Shown in pieces: positions 1 through 15,700 of a stretch of 64,000 bases of DNA. The notes below the pieces were generated by a model, which was given only the letters and a program-made list of their open reading frames with translations, had not been told where the DNA came from and searched no databases. The DNA comes from the human T2T-CHM13v2.0 reference genome, Homo sapiens: assembly GCF_009914755.1 (NCBI RefSeq), contig NC_060933.1; one strand, given 5' to 3'. The first letter of the stretch is position 1. Every line of letters begins with the position of its first letter. A program made the position numbers and the translations under genes.

Positions 1-139
1 TCTGTGACTAAGATATCTAAAGTTTGGTTTGATAGTCCATTTAAGGAGTAGATTTTCCCATCTCTCTCTTTGGGAAAAGGAACCTAGCCAAGCCCAGATT
101 TGTGTGTCTATGTGAATCAGTAACACTTCAGGAAGGAAG

Positions 140-385
140 TATGACATAGTGGTTAAGGTCACAATCTCTAAAATCAGACAAAGTATATTCAAATGCCAAT
201 CTTAGCAGTTATTAGGTATGTAAAGTTGAAGAATTTCATTACATCTTCTGATACAATTTTCTCATCTGCAAAAGTGTGTATTGGTAGTATAGGCATTATA
301 TTTTTGTGAAAATTAAATAAAACAATAAATACAAAATAATATTTTTAGTGTTAGGCTCATAGTAAAGGGTTACTATGTATTATTG
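140..385 (+). mobile_element. MIR
   Basis: ATAGTGGTTAAG...TTTTCTCATCTGCAAAA core. Confidence 0.6.
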
Positions 386-3300
386 TCATTTCACTGTGGC
401 TCTTATTTCTGAAGGACAGGACAGTCTACTAAATGTATTGTAATATAATGAAAATAAGCCATGTTATTCTATTATTTTGAAAAGTATCTCTGGTTTTTCA
501 TTCATTAAAAAACATGCCTCTCTTTTGGGGACACTCCATTGTCCTTTTCTTCTAGTCACATTGAAGTCTGTTTGCCTTTGAAGGCAGCCACATTAACTCA
601 CTGTCTACAGGGAAAAATCGCACCCCTTTTTATGGGAGGAAGTACAGATTTTTGATTCCTGAGTCCTGTTAATACAAGTAGCACCTCAGACTTTACCTAG
701 ATTGATATCCCTCTTTCTCCATTTCTCAGCTTGCAAAATGGAGTGGGCAATTGTTTAAGGGGAAAAGTGTATGTGCTTTCAAATTCCAGTTCACTTCTCA
801 TTAGTGAAAACTGTGGATTGGTGAATACAATTAATCTCCTGAATTATACTTTGCAAAAACAACCAACACTTTTTCTTAGACACAATACAATGCAATTTCA
901 TACTAAAGAAAGAATGTTACCTATTAGCATAATCATGCCCATTATTTTAATAACAATAAATGGATATTCATTATCCATTTTTGTGCTGAGAATCATTTGG
1001 TGTTTTATTCCTTTCCTATAGACCTGAAGGTATCAAAATGCTACAGCAGTAGTAAATAGTAATCTTTGTTGTTAGAGAAAGAGGCAATGGTTTTGATTAC
1101 ATTCTGGTTTGAGGTAATCTGATTGTGATAGCATGTTTGGTGAGAAATTTGTGATCAATTTCTTTCTAACATTATTATTTACTGTAATATTTTTAAAATC
1201 TATCAACCTGTCCTTTTAAGGCTTCTATAACATGAACCTATCCTGAATATTTTTGTTTCTGTCTAATGCCTTATTTCTTTTCTTGATTTTTAACTTTCCA
1301 TCTAAACCATTACTTTTTCTCAAAATAGTGTAAACCATCATCTCTACGTAAATGAGTATACTAAAAATACATCATAATACCTATCCTGAGATCCAGTCTC
1401 AAATTTCCAACTTTTTTCTGGCCATTTTCATTTTTTACTTTGTTTTATGTATAAAGAAAACAAACAAAAACTAGCAAAAACATAAAACTGGCTCCAGCTC
1501 TTATGCCAGGTGCTATGAGTAAAGGACAAAGTTCCTGACTCAAGTTTCTCCTATTTATGTCAAAGGTACTATTGTCAAACTGATCAAAAATTTGTGGTCA
1601 CAGACATTGTCATTACCTTGGTTTGCCTATGCCTACTCATATACTTAATTTCTTTTTTTCAATGATTTCTCAAATTTATTTCTACTTTCTTTACCTTCTG
1701 TGACCCTTACACTTAAAAGGTGAAAGTGGAAGACAGTCTTTTGATTTTTTTTTTTTTGAATGCACAAAATACATGTTATTCCCTGACTCTCCTTTTGATG
1801 GATAGCCCTTTTTTGAGCAATTTACAATCATTTTCTTTTTTTGATTATTTATGAATAAAGTTCAAATTCTCACATCTAATATTCTAAATCCTTCATAATT
1901 TGTCCCAACATTTACTTCTAATTGTATATTCAAATATTCTGAAACAATCACATTATTCTGTCTAATGTATGCATTCTATACTTCTGAATGTTTTCTATGC
2001 TTATCACCAAATTTGCACTTGTCTTTTGAATAATCCATAATGCATTTTTCATCTTCCCCATATTATTGAAGAGTATCACATAATAGGAAGCTCTATTAAC
2101 CTTTCTTTGATCATCATAGTCCACGATGGCATCTCCCTCCTTAGAAGATCCCCAATATATATTGCATAGCACTTTTCTGAAAGTTACTTTTTTGTGTTTA
2201 TGTTTCTTATGTTCAGACTTGGATATTAAGTGACCTGAAGATAAAAGATCTGTATTCTACATCTTCTGTTCACACATAGCACTTACTGAGGAACTATACA
2301 CATAGCAATTCTATAAAGTAGGGAGTGTTTTCTAGAAAAGAAGTGACTATGTGTTGATACGTCTCCTTCAATTTTATTAATAAACTTTCATTTACGAATA
2401 TGTATTAAAAGTGTCTTTAGGCTCTCTTTGTATGTTTGACCCATTTCGTGGTAAATGTGAACAGTGGAACAAGATAGTTGCAGTGCTAAACTTAGACTAA
2501 AGGGAAGAGGAACTCAGGTTCTAGGCCAGCCCTTTAGAGTGAACCACAAACCACTTTCACCTTCCTCCCATGGGGGCTGGGAAGGAGAGTAGAAGGGGAA
2601 GTGGCGATGAGTCCACAAAACAAGTGAATGTGCTCATGTGAAACAAGACTCATGCCCATCCATGTGCTATGCCAATGTACCAATACTCAAGACTCTGGAT
2701 TCCTCTTTAGGAGAAATAAAAGGTCCTAAGATTGCTTTCAAGGTCTATTCAAGGCCATTCCCTACACCAGCCTTTTTGAAGGTGGACTGGTGTGTACAAC
2801 CCTTGGTCAAAGGGATGTCTCATGAGGAGATGCTGGACAAATAGGCTGCAGTATCTTGGATGTAACAAACCCCTCATCCAGCAAGATGGAAAGAGGGGTG
2901 GAAAGAGAATGAAATTGGCTATGACCTGGGGCCTCTTTCCAATCCTCACATTCCATTGTGGACCTCTCCTGGCAGTCCAAGAATGCAGATTTCAATTTAA
3001 TTTTTTAAGTTGTTATGAAGTTGTCAATGTAGGAATTTCAATACACTTTAACAGTTCTTAAGCTTGATTGATGTCTTATAAATATGTAGTCATTAATATG
3101 TGGGTCTAGATTTGCAATACTTCTGAACTTCCACAAATGTTAGGGACAGGCCTGAATAGCTAACTTTTTTCTTTTATTTCAAGTTGACTTAATATTATAA
3201 AAAACATTTTATTTTTTCCTTTAATAGAGTCAAATATACAGTTTCTGTTTTCATCCAGTAACTTTAGCAGAGACTTTTTCTCTCTGCTAGTGAAAGAGAG

Positions 3301-3728
3301 GACTCAGGTTTAGAGGAAATTTGCTTTTTCAGAACATTTGATCTTCGTAACACATCAAGATGTATTTAGAGAAAAGAACACACGGACTTAGTACTATTTA
3401 TAAATAGCTTCTTTACCCTTACTCCTAAATTAAAACAAAACTAAAACCTAGGAAAAGCACTTGCATTATACAAAATTTATACTTTAGCTATTTCTACATT
3501 TAAAAATAAAATAATATAAATCACCAATTTTACGTTTTAAGCAAAAGTGTATTCTCAAACTTTATATTATTCAGCAATACCTATTACTCTCCAAGTATAT
3601 GCATGTATCATTTCTCTCATTTAAAGTCTCTGACCACATCTAGAAAAAGTGAAAAATGGTGCAGTCATTACATTTTGGTTTTGGAACTGGGAATTTTATT
3701 TAGCACAATATAAATAATTAGGGAGTAA

Positions 3729-4056
<328 letters not shown>

Positions 4057-4651
4057 TCTTTTTTTTTTTTTTTTTTTTTAACCATTTCTGATTTACTGAA
4101 ACCCAGTCTGTATTTAATAAGGCTTAAACATTTGTATGTTTAATATAACAATATGTCCTCAGTGGCAGCTTGATTAGATTTGGATTTTAAAAGTCACTGT
4201 AGAAGGGAGGAAAAATATCAAAGAAGGGATACATACTGGTGACAAATACTTTTAAAATAGCATAACTCAAGTAACGCAAGTCAGTCTCGCCAGCCAAATG
4301 AAAATTATAGGTGGAAATCTCACACTGAACCTGGAGAATTTCCCGTTCCTGTTAAAGTATTTTCTTACTGATGTATTCATAAAACAATACTGTCCATTTA
4401 TGTCTTTCAGAAACCATTCTATTATTTTCATTAACATACCTGTATATTAGAATAAAAACTTTACAAGGTTATGTTTTCATTTTCCACTTTTTTTTCTTGT
4501 TTCTGTATTACTTTTTATATCAGTTTAATTTTGGCATTTAACCTAGCTATCTAATACCTTGGCAGTCAACACATTTCCCACCCTTGCTCTTGAATATAAT
4601 GCTGTCAGAGAGTGGGATATGAGAAAAGCAAGAGGTTTTCTAAAAGGAAAA

Positions 4652-4692
4652 TATCTATCTATCTATCTATCATCTATCTATCTATCTATCAT
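4652..4692. repeat. (TATC)n microsatellite
   Basis: Direct observation. Confidence 0.9.
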
Positions 4693-6389
4693 CAGGAGGA
4701 CCTAGAGACATTATAAAAGAATTAAATTCAAATTGTAAGATCATAATAAAGTTTAACACATCATGATTTATAAACTACAGATATAAACTAAGTAACTTGT
4801 TTAAAGCTCCAGGTGCTGCTTTCCATAATATTTTAAGTGAAATACTGTGTGTATAACTTAAAACCATTAGGCCATGAAGACCATGGAGAATATTTTAAGA
4901 ATCAGTCACAATCTGAAGTGACATTATTGTTTTTTGTTTCAGTACACATTAGTACCAATAGTTAATTTTAATTTGTGGAATGAATCAGTAAACAATAAAA
5001 GGGTATGAAAGGGTAAAGCACAATTTAAAGTGTTTTGGAAAATGTGGTCAGAAAACAACATAAGATCAGTAGAATAATTCTAGCATATCCATCGAATAAT
5101 TAATATTATCACTATAGTAAACATGATTTAGCTCACACTATTTGGCGAAAAGAAAATTCACTTGCAGTATTCTGCACATTGTGTTATTTCTGCTCAAATG
5201 ACATACTTACAATAATTTGATTGAAATCATGTGACTCTCCTGAACAATCATGTTCTATCTTCTGGTTTAAGGCTATGTAGATATTAAGAGACATACAGTG
5301 ATCCATCTTCTTTGTGTGGAAACGATCAAACACTACAAGTCAGTTAATGTGTTTTCAATGGTGAGGGGTTAATACCAAAAGATTTATATTAGAATTGTAT
5401 AGCATCTATATTTCTAATCCTTAGTTATTTGTATGAACAATTAGAAGTCTGACCTGTTTGGAACTTATTTTGGGGTAAATAGGTTCCCAAGCCTTCTTGC
5501 AAAGGACATGCAAATAATGAAAATATGATATTAAGAACCACTCCACTGTTATTAAATGAAGATGAAAAGAATTAAATCAAAGTCTGCCATAGAATAATTT
5601 ATAGATACCATATTGAACATTTTCTAAATATGCCCACATTCTTGGAGTGGCAGATAATGTGTTAACATTATAATAAGCATGAGTTAATAAACATTATGCA
5701 TATTCTCTACTACAGATGAGTATACTTTTTGGCCCTTTTAATGAAGGATGGGAAATAAGCAACTCCCTGTAAGAAGAAGAACAGAAATGGATCCATTTTT
5801 GACTTGAAACTTTTATAAAAATAGCTGTATTTAATAATGTTTTACTTATCATGGGTACATTTTTTTTAACTTGTGTTCATAAGGTAGATTCATTCAGCAA
5901 AAGAGTAACCGGTACTAGAAGAGAAGTAAGAAATTCATGGCTGAGTTAATATAGTTAAACTATATCCGTCTGAAACTCTTTCTCTCTGAGGAAGCTTTTA
6001 AAATTATTTTTTTCATTTTTCCAGACCTTTTTTCTTGATCTCTGTATTTTCCTCTAAAGCAAAGACTATCAATGACATTCTTAAACTTTGAAAGATTTAG
6101 GATGAAGGGAATATTTACTTATATTTTAGAAATAGTGCAATTTTGGAGACTGAGAAGTCTCTCAGGTTATTATCATCAAAGTAGAACTTACCAGAGATGA
6201 CTTTGGCTTTCTAAAGCATCTAAAATAAGCTATAGTATGCCCATGTTCCTGCAGCATTGGACTTACATAATTTCAAATGTTAATAATACCTTTCATGGAT
6301 GCCTTTACAGGTATGCATAAACAAAATATCTCATTTTTTTAAATCATTCTGCCCTCCATATGAAACTATTGGTCTATTAGATATATTTT

Positions 6390-8150
6390 TATTTTTTAAC
6401 TGTTGATTTGAAATTATTATAGATTTACAGAAGGTTGCAAATATAGTACAGAGAGGTCTCTCATACTCTTCACCTAGTTTCCCCAGTGGTTACATTTTTT
6501 TTGTAGCTACAGTAAAACATTAAAACCAAGAAATTGACATTGAAAAAATGTGTATGCATACATCTGTCATTTTATTACATGTGTAAATTCTTGTGACCAC
6601 TACCACTATCAAAATATCTAACACTTCTAGTGAAGTGTAAAAATCTTATCTCGTTGGAAGTCTCTTTACCCATCCTTGTTTATATAATTTTAAAAATTTT
6701 TCATTTAGGTATTGATAACCATTTCGATGTTACAGTTTTTGATTCAAAAGTCAAACATAATTTAGAAAACTCAAGAAGAAAAATCTGTTGTACTTATTCA
6801 TATTTTTGCTCTTTCTGTTACTCTTACATTTTTCTGATGATTTCAGGCCCCTTATTCATTTTATGTTTCAAGAACTTTTTGCTTTTCTTTAGGGTAGGTC
6901 TGTTTGCAACCAATTCTTAATTTTTCTTCTTCTGAGAATTTATTTAATTCTCCTTCATTTCTAAAGGACATTTTTGCCTAATACAGAATTCTGGATTGAC
7001 AGTTCTTGTTTTGCAGTACTTGAGAAATATATCACTTCCTTTTGGCCACCATTATTTCTGACAGGAAATCATTGTCATTCAAATTGTTTTTCTTCTGGAG
7101 AGATGAAGCATTGTTTTACCTCACTGTTTCCAAGATTTTTCTTCTGCTGTTTTCTGAAATTGTCCTGTTTCTTTGTTGATTTTTTTGTATCTGTCCCGTT
7201 TTAGATTTTCTCATTTCTTGAATCTGTAGTTGTATGTCTTTTGCCAAACTCGAAAACGTTTTGGACATTATTTTTTCAAATATATTTTTAGCCCAACCCA
7301 CTTTTGCCTTTCCTTCTAGGACTCTGATGACATGAATAGTAGATTTTTTGCTATAGTCTTATAGGTCCTTGAGGCTCTGTTCTTTTTTTTTTTTTCATTT
7401 TCAGTCTATACTCCCTCTGGTCTTTGGATTAGTAAATTTTTAATGTCCTATTTTCAAGTTCACTTATTCTTTTCTCTATTTCCTCCATTACCCTATTGAG
7501 CCATCAAGTATTTTTTAAAGTTTCAATTATATTTTTCGGTGCCAAAATTTCTATTTGTCTCTTGGCATCTTCTATTTCTTTGTAAAGCTTTCCATTGTTT
7601 CATTTGTTCCAGCATATTCGCAATTGCTCATTAAAACATGTTTATGGTGGTGGCTTTAAAATCCTTGTGAATAAATCTAATTTATGTGTTATCACTGTGT
7701 TGGCATGTGTTATCTCATTCAAGATGAGATTTTTTTTCTGGTGCTTGATATGCTGAGTAATTTTCAACGTATCTAGGGTAATTTGGATATGCTATGAGGC
7801 TCTGTATTTTAACTCTTGGAAATAAACCTCCTGTGACACCACACATGGTGAAAGTGGGGGTGCCTTGTTATTGCTAGGTGGTGATAAAAATTTATCCCTG
7901 CTCAACCACCTTTGGAGAGTGGGGGATTTTTTTCTTGTTTCTGCTCCCACTATGGCCTACACTGAAGGGAAGGCAAACATCAGGAGGCCTTGGACCTTTT
8001 TACCACTAGATGATGGTGAAAGTTCCAACTTCTCACTTAGTTTACTTTGACACCTAAGGAATCTGGTGGAGAAGGACGGGGCACATTGTAACTACCTGGC
8101 AGAGAAGAAAGTTCTAGATTCTCACACGGCCTTCTCTGATATCACCCAGA
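6390..8150 (-). mobile_element. Ancient L1M (L1MC/MD) fragments; boundaries approximate
   Basis: AGATTTACAGAAGGTTGCAAATATAGTACAGAGAGG 3'-end motif. ORF1-like remnant AKNIFEKIMSKTFSSLAKDIQLQIQE (ORF 7116..7301). Confidence 0.7.
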
Positions 8151-9849
8151 CATTGATAGGCGGCAGGGCCTGTTAGTTTGTGTGTGTGTTTAAATTACAC
8201 ATTACCAATAGTATCACTTTGCATAAACCTATACTAAACTAAAAGCACGGACCCCACAGAAGATATGTAATTAAAGTTATCTTGTAGTATGCAGGTCTTT
8301 TTCACAGATGCATTCAGTGTGTGGTTTAAAAGGAAGTTAAAAGTTTAGTTCTAGTTACCATGCTAGAAGAACTTAATAGGTAAAGGATGACATCATCAAA
8401 GGCAGTGAAAGTCCTCTTTAATGTCTCAAGGCTTTTCATTGTGTATCACGAAATTTTGGTTATCTGTTTCTTTTCAGTAAATATTTAGTCTATTTTTCTA
8501 AGTTTTATATATTAGGATTTTCATTTTCATTAATCCTTAGTGTTTGTACTACTGATATTTGCACATACAGTATGAGAACATACATTTCAATTGATCATTT
8601 TTAAAAAATTTATTTGAGATATATCAAAAGTTCTATACCATATAAAGGAAAGTTATTCTACTATTCTAAAGCAGCTCATAAAATACAATGTACAAATAGG
8701 ACAAAATACATGCAAGAAGCGGGAGAAATGTTCCTAAGCAGCTCCACTGATACAGTGGAGATATAATCTCTCCTCTCTATTGAATGAATTTGCTGAGGGT
8801 CGGTGCATATAGTAGTCAATGGAATACAAACCAATAAAAATATGATAGATAAATAGAATGAAAAGTATCCAAGGGTCAAGTGCTAAATCTGTTCTGCTGA
8901 TTCCAGCTGGTATTTCCTTTTCTTCTTTAACCCACATGAAGACACTCTACTAAACAGTCATGTATAACTCAGGCATACTGGTTTTCATTTGTAATTTTCA
9001 TTTTATTGTACTTTCAATTTTCAGGTTTTGTCCATCTTTCTTCCCCTTGGCCCTTCCATCACTTCTGCTACTTGATGAATTCTGTCTTAAACAGTAGCTA
9101 GAATATAAACATTTAATAAAATATTAACCTGATTGCTTGCCCTCCCCATAAACAGTAAAATGACATACATGAACAAATGACAAATACAATATTTTATGTT
9201 GTGTTTATTTCTACCTTTCTCCAAGGCTTCTTTTAATCTTTATTAAAGTTTATTATAGCAAACTACTATCAAATATTTCCATGCATTTAACTGGTTATTG
9301 TAACATCAACACAAGAGAGCAAATGAAACTTGTGAAGCTTATACTTTCTATTGCTCTAAGGTGTCTATGCAGATCATTATGTATTCTTCACCACAGGTCA
9401 GTTGCTTAGCGACCAGAGAAGTAGAGAACTACTAATTGAAAGTATTCTGTATTGCTGGCAAGGCTTGCTGCAGGACGTTGAACTTGGAAACAGCAGAGAC
9501 TGTGTCAGATAAAAATGTTGCAGAGGATGAAAGAAAAATAGTTGCAGCATTATCATACTAGGAATGGTTATTATTTACTTTATGGTAAATTCTGCAAAAT
9601 GCTTTGCTGTGCTTCTGTTTTATAAGATATTAAAATTGATTTTACTATTAAGGATCATTTACACAATCAGATTAAAAATCAGAGTTGTGGCATCTATTTT
9701 TAAAAAGTAAAACAGAACACAAAGGAGAAAAAGAAGAGGAGGACAAAAGGGAAGAAACAGAAACAACAGCACTAAGTTAGATCCAGGTCCCTAAAGATAA
9801 GTAACAATATCTGTATGAACTTTTCTGATTGCTTATTTTATTTTGTAAT

Positions 9850-9970
9850 GAAAACAAAGAAAGAGGATGAGGAGGAAGATGAGGATGAGGAGACTGAGGA
9901 GGAAGGCAAGGAGAGTAAGGAAGAGGAGCAAGAGGTAAAGGAGAAGAAAAGAAAAAAGAGAGAGAGAAGA
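9850..9970. repeat. GA-rich low-complexity tract
   Basis: GAG/GAA-rich purine run. Confidence 0.8.
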
Positions 9971-10374
9971 TTATTAAAAATCAAACTAAACACATATTGG
10001 AAAAACAATTGAAAAACAAACCAAAAGTAGCAACACTAACAGAGCAATAGTATAAACAAATTTATTCAAAGCATTAATTTTATATTAGTCTGTATCAGGC
10101 TTTCTAACCTGTACATTATATAAAATTAGGATTATTTTCTCTCTTCTTTCCACGTAATGTACAATTCATGTATCCATCAAAAATAGATGAGTGGTCATTG
10201 TGTGACATCTTTCACTTAATAGAAAAGACTAGGTCAGAAAAGAGAAAATGTCCTTCACAAGACCAAGACTAAGTTGGCTCAATTTTCCTGATAGCTTATT
10301 TGCTACAAGAATTCTGATATAATTCTGTATTTACAGGCTCATTCTCTCTCTCACACAATCCACAGGCATACAAA

Positions 10375-10397
10375 GTGTGTGTGTGTGTGTGTGTGTG
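10375..10397. repeat. (GT)n microsatellite
   Basis: Direct observation. Confidence 0.9.
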
Positions 10398-11139
10398 CAC
10401 ATGCGTTTGACAAAGAGAGAGAGAAAAAGACTTGAATAACTGTTTCTTATGAGAATTCATTTGTGGTAATGGTTGCTACTTGTATTTCTATAAAGATTAC
10501 TCCTAGTAATGATTGAAAAACAGGACATATGTTAATTAAATGTTCAGTGACTTTATAGTTAAATATACATATAATGCACATTCCAAGTTTTTAAAAAAAT
10601 AACAATCAATAAATAGCTAAATGTTTTAAATCATAACTGGTCAGAATTTAGTTGTTAATATTCAGATACCATTTCAGTATCGTGTAGAGTCATTATGAAT
10701 ATCATTTGTCTGCAGTACTCTGAAGATAAAGGTGGTAAAACATGTGTTAGTCAATGGTCTACCTGTTATACAGCCTTTTAAAACAAATCCTTGGCATGAG
10801 ATTGTCATTTGTCTGTTTCTCATAAAAGCTGAGTGTAGAACATCCTAAAAATCCAGTTCAGCTTTTTTATTCTTGTTACATTTCTGCAGAATTTTAATAT
10901 AACTTTCCTTTTGTGTATTTACGCCTACTGTTTCTATTTACTTACGGGTGGCCTGAATTTTTTATCCAGAGATAAAGTTAATGCAAGAAAGAATTTAAAA
11001 ATGTACGGTAGATTATCAAAATTCTTAACTTAAAAAAAGGTCAAATCCACCTTTGCTACAGCACACAACCTAATCTTATATCTGTTCATCTTTTTTGTCT
11101 TTGTTTTAAAAACACATACTTGATAATCATATTAGATGG

Positions 11140-11680
11140 TTACAGCTTTCTATTGCTGCATAATAAACCAGTCTAAACATAGCAGCTTAAAACAGCTAAG
11201 TAGCACAGATGGACCTGCTCATGATTCTTCAATCTGGGCTGAACTCAGCTGGGTGGCTCATCTCTTCCCTAGATGGTGTCTTCTGCTGGACTATTTAATA
11301 TGTTTGTATTTAGAGGCAGCTCCATAGGGACTGGAGGATCCTAGCTGGCCCCATTCATATGTTGTGCTGGAATGACTAGAAACTAACTGGGTCTTCCTCT
11401 CTATCTTCCCAGTCTTTCATTCCTCCTGGTCTTTTTCATCATAAGGTGTCTCATCCACAAGGACGCTAACCTAGACATCTTTGCACAGTGGCTCAAGGTA
11501 AAAGACAGAGTAAACAAAAGCTATAAAGCTTCCTTAAGCCTAGGACTGAAACTTATACAGTGTCTCTTTAGCTGCATTCTCATGGCTCAACTAATTCACA
11601 AGGCTAATCTATTGTCTGGTTGGGAGGATAATGCAAGGACATGAAATCAAAGGACATCCATAATTCATTGGGGACTGTTT
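11140..11680 (-). mobile_element. MaLR LTR (old MLT1 type)
   Basis: TTTCTATTGCTGCATAATAAACC...GCTTAAAACA...CTGGGCTGAACTCAGCTGGG. Confidence 0.6.
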
Positions 11681-11744
11681 GGTAAGAATATGAGTTAAGG
11701 CTTAAATTTGTTCGAACACAACTGGTTCTAAAGCATCACATTGT

Positions 11745-12150
11745 TGTATTAGGTTTCCAGGGTTGTCATAACAAATTACAACAAACTTGATGACTTAAAG
11801 CAACAGAAATTGATTCTCTCACAGGTCTGGAGGCCAGAAGACAAATGAATGTGTTGGCAGTATTGGTTTCCACTGGAGACCCAGAAAAAACCCATTCCAT
11901 GCTGTCAGCAATTCTTAGCGGTTTTTGTCTTTCCAGTCTCTCTGACTCTGTCTTCACATGCCTCCCCGCTTTTTCTGTGTCTTTCTGTTATTCTATCTCT
12001 TATAAGGACACTCATTAGATTTAGAATTTATTGTAATAGAGGATGAGCACACTTTATTACCTTATTACATCTTCAAAGATGCTTATTACGATTGAGGTCA
12101 GACTGTGAGATTCTGGGTGGACAAACCTTTTGGGCAAACACCGTTCAACT
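11745..12150 (-). mobile_element. MaLR LTR (MLT1A-C type)
   Basis: TGTATTAGGTTTCC...CATAACAAATTAC...TCTGGAGGCCAGAAG. Confidence 0.7.
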
Positions 12151-12193
12151 CTTACGATTTTCTATCAAAATGTATAATTTTCTCCCATACTTT

Positions 12194-12280
12194 TTCAGTA
12201 ATCTCCACCATAAAGAACTTGGATTTAGAACACTTGGATTCAGTAATCTCCATCATAAAGAACTTGGATTTAGAACACTT
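12194..12280. repeat. Tandem duplication, period 45 bp
   Basis: TTCAGTAATCTCCA(C/T)CATAAAGAACTTGGATTTAGAACACTT occurs twice, joined by GGA. Confidence 0.9.
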
Positions 12281-15200
12281 TTTTTCCACATGTATTTAAG
12301 CAATATTTCTCAAAGTATATTCCTGAGAAAAGTATTTCAGTTATTCTATGAGTAAAAAGTTTCTTGGTCATGCAATTTTGGAAATTACTGCTTACTATTA
12401 ACACCTCCTGGATATTTGCTTTGTGCATTAATTTATTAATGAGAAATCATATAGGAAAATATGCTAAAATTTTAGGAAGCACATGTTTTTCCCAAACACC
12501 AATAAACACTAAATATCACCAATTTTATTCAAATGATACCTATCAACACCTTACAGAAAAAGGGTTATGTGTACCAAAGGTCCTGATTTGACCTATTGTG
12601 TTGACTACATGATATCTGTTTCAAAAATATAAACAAAATTACCATGAGTATTACTAAACATTTTAGTAATCTGTGCCCTTGCAATTCAGCAAGCCATTTC
12701 AACTACCTGGAATTTTCTTTCTCCTTTTTATGGATAACTCCTACTGGTCCTTTAGATATGAGATTAGAGGTTATTTTCCAAAGAAAGCTTTTCTTCACTC
12801 CCCAAAGATTCAGTTAGTTGTTCTTCCAGTGATTTTTATAGCTCTCTGTTCTTGGTGGTAATATATCACTGAAACACTCTACTGTAATTACCTTGGTTTT
12901 TGTTCTTTATTTAGTGTTCAACCATATGCTTGCTGAAGTTTAGGATGTTATTCGTCATTGATTTTTAAGACACAACAGATATTTAATCAATTCTTATTAA
13001 ATGAATAGATGAGAAAATTTGACATTGGGTAGAAATCCTTTAAAATATTTTGCATGGAAATCACTTTTTGCTTTCAAAGTAATGTAATTAAAGACTTTTA
13101 GTTCCCACAGTTTGCAACAATAATCTTAGGAACTTAACTATTTGTTTTGTGAATATCTAGCACTAAACAATGAGCTAGAAATTTGATAAAACAGTTCAAA
13201 TAATTTTTAAATCTCTTTGACTCAACTAGTCATGACTGAATTCATTTATACCATTAGGATATTAACACGTCTTTTAAAAAACAGTGTTAAATGGAGCTGG
13301 TCAAGCTATGCATTTTAAGAAGAAAAAGTACTCTCTTTTTAATAGGCTCTGCATAAGTAAGGCTATCCTCTTTTTCATAGTTTTTCAGAAACAATAACTT
13401 TGTCATTTTCTATACTTATTGATAATTTCCCCAACATATTAACAATTAAGAAATAAAGTTATGGCAGCCTAATTAGTCGAGTCAATACAGGAAGTAAATT
13501 GTTAAGACAGTGGGCATACCATCTTAGTTAGTAAGATATGGACATTCAACCACTCTCTTTCCCTACCCTAAGACACACACACTGTCAGAGAAAATGTTAT
13601 GATGTGACTGAGAACTTTATGCTCAAAGCTTTCCAAAATTTCATATATAAATATTGTACTTTTATCAATATAAGATTTCACACTGTAAGAAGACATTGGC
13701 ATAGGAATCATTCTCTTTTACACAGTTTGAAAATGAATTTTAATGACACTCATATCTGATAAATAATATAATGTCATGGAGTAAAAGTTATTTTCTTGAT
13801 ATAAATATTTTATCATTTGAGTATATTCTCCCTGAAATCTAGGTGTCAGTTTAACAAAATGCATTTCTCACTTCACTGAATATGACTCCAGGATAAATAA
13901 AAAAGAACATTCATATTCAAAAAAAGTAATTTATTTACCTAGTTTATCCCAAGATTTATACTGTCAATGCCTTCATTACAAATTAAGGGCTAAAATATAT
14001 AGTAAGTTCCTGAAGCTCTACCAAATGTTATCTATACTAAGTAGAACTAAATTAAATCATTGTGTTAACTTTTTATTCCTATTAAAGGATTTAGTCTTCT
14101 TCTAGTTTAGCTATAATAACAAAAGCAAATGTACATCCCTGGTTTCTTGCCAATTATAGCTTGGTCACACCTGCCTAAGTAGTGTTTTATAATAAATACA
14201 TGGTAAGTAAATTAGTATCCAACCCTCAGGCCTACATGGAATAAATTTGGTGGGGTACTTCTCCCTTGGGAAAAAAAATGTTGTTAGCATTTTTTGTTTG
14301 CTAGTATCCTTTAGACCTACTACCTATAAAAACCCCTCTAAATGAAGACTCTGGCAGCATTTCAATAAGCTAACTTCCATAGGTTTCTTCAGTTCATGGG
14401 GGTATTTTCCTCCTTTAATTTGCCAGCAGAGATCTGACATGAAAAAGTTCAGGTGCTGTTTTATAATATAAGAAAACATATACATGAGACTCCTTGTTCC
14501 TTGTCATAATCACATGTACAGTGCTTTAATTTCAACAAATCATATAGAAAAAAGAAGGTTGGTTTAAGTCATCATCACAAATAAAAAAGCCCATAAACCT
14601 ACACCTATATTGTGGTCTTGTAATTCACCACTTGTAAGCTTGTAAAACCTAAAACTTAATATGCCTACAAATTTTGAATTTTTTAGAATACACTCAATTT
14701 GCTTCTACTTCTCCCATTGGGGTTCATGGCTATCTTACATTGTAAGACAGTTAGTAGACCCAGCAGAAATGACTTCAAAATATTTCTGGTTTCTGTGAAA
14801 GTTTGAAAATCTGTTGACTCCCTGGTTGTTCTGTTTGGAAGCCTTTTACGTGTTGCTTTCCCTTTCTTATTTCTCCTTACACACATACAAGCTCTTTTCT
14901 TGCCTATTGTGTGTACTTGGCTGATCTTCTTGGCACAGTGCCCAGTTGGTTTAATGTGTGCTTATTATTGTCTATAGCATTCCTGATTCTGTTTTGGAGA
15001 TAGGTATTCTATGAATTATTAATGATTATTATCATCCTTTAGAATCAACTTTGCTTTTGGAATTTAGAAACAAAAGATGAACATTGAGCCCTATGGGTAA
15101 TCACCAGCAATATCAAGGCCATGTCCAATGCTTGACTGTAAGGGAAAGGAATAGTGAATATACTGAAGTGAACAAAACAGGATTACTCCTATAAACAGAT

Positions 15201-15700
15201 AAAATTAACAGAAGAAAACTTAAAGTTCAAAATGTATTACTTGAAAAAATGCTCGTAATATTATTTTACCATACCCATTTTACCATTTAAATATTACCAG
15301 TAGTTTTTTTCCTCAATATCCATTGATAAGCTTATTCTTTAAAAACAGAAGTGGGGAAAGTGCTAGCTTTTTTGCTTCTTATTCACAGGAACTTGTGCAC
15401 CTGATGTAGTATAGCACATCCTCAAACATCTAATAGGTCACTTCTGAATTTTTCTCTGAACTTTGAATAAGATAAAAGTAATTTGAATTTAGCTATCATT
15501 TCAAAGAAGAAAAAAGTTGCATTTGCAAATTATTTACACAAGCACAAATTTTTAGAGAAAGAAATACTAGAGAAAGAAAAACATAGAGGAAAATAGGTGG
15601 TGAAAAAATTCTTTGGAAGTGCAAAAGAAAGAAAACGTTTATTGGCAATGACACATGATTATTAATCCCCATGTCTAAGTAAATTTGGGGTCTTTACCCT

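Noticed and set aside
2420-2990. GC-elevated segment that may be an old LTR, with several short ORFs
   Set aside because: I could not assign a family or termini with confidence.
9815-10012. Acidic/basic ORF (EDEEEDEDEE...KKRKKR)
   Set aside because: It is the translation of a GA-rich low-complexity tract, with no splice or homology support.
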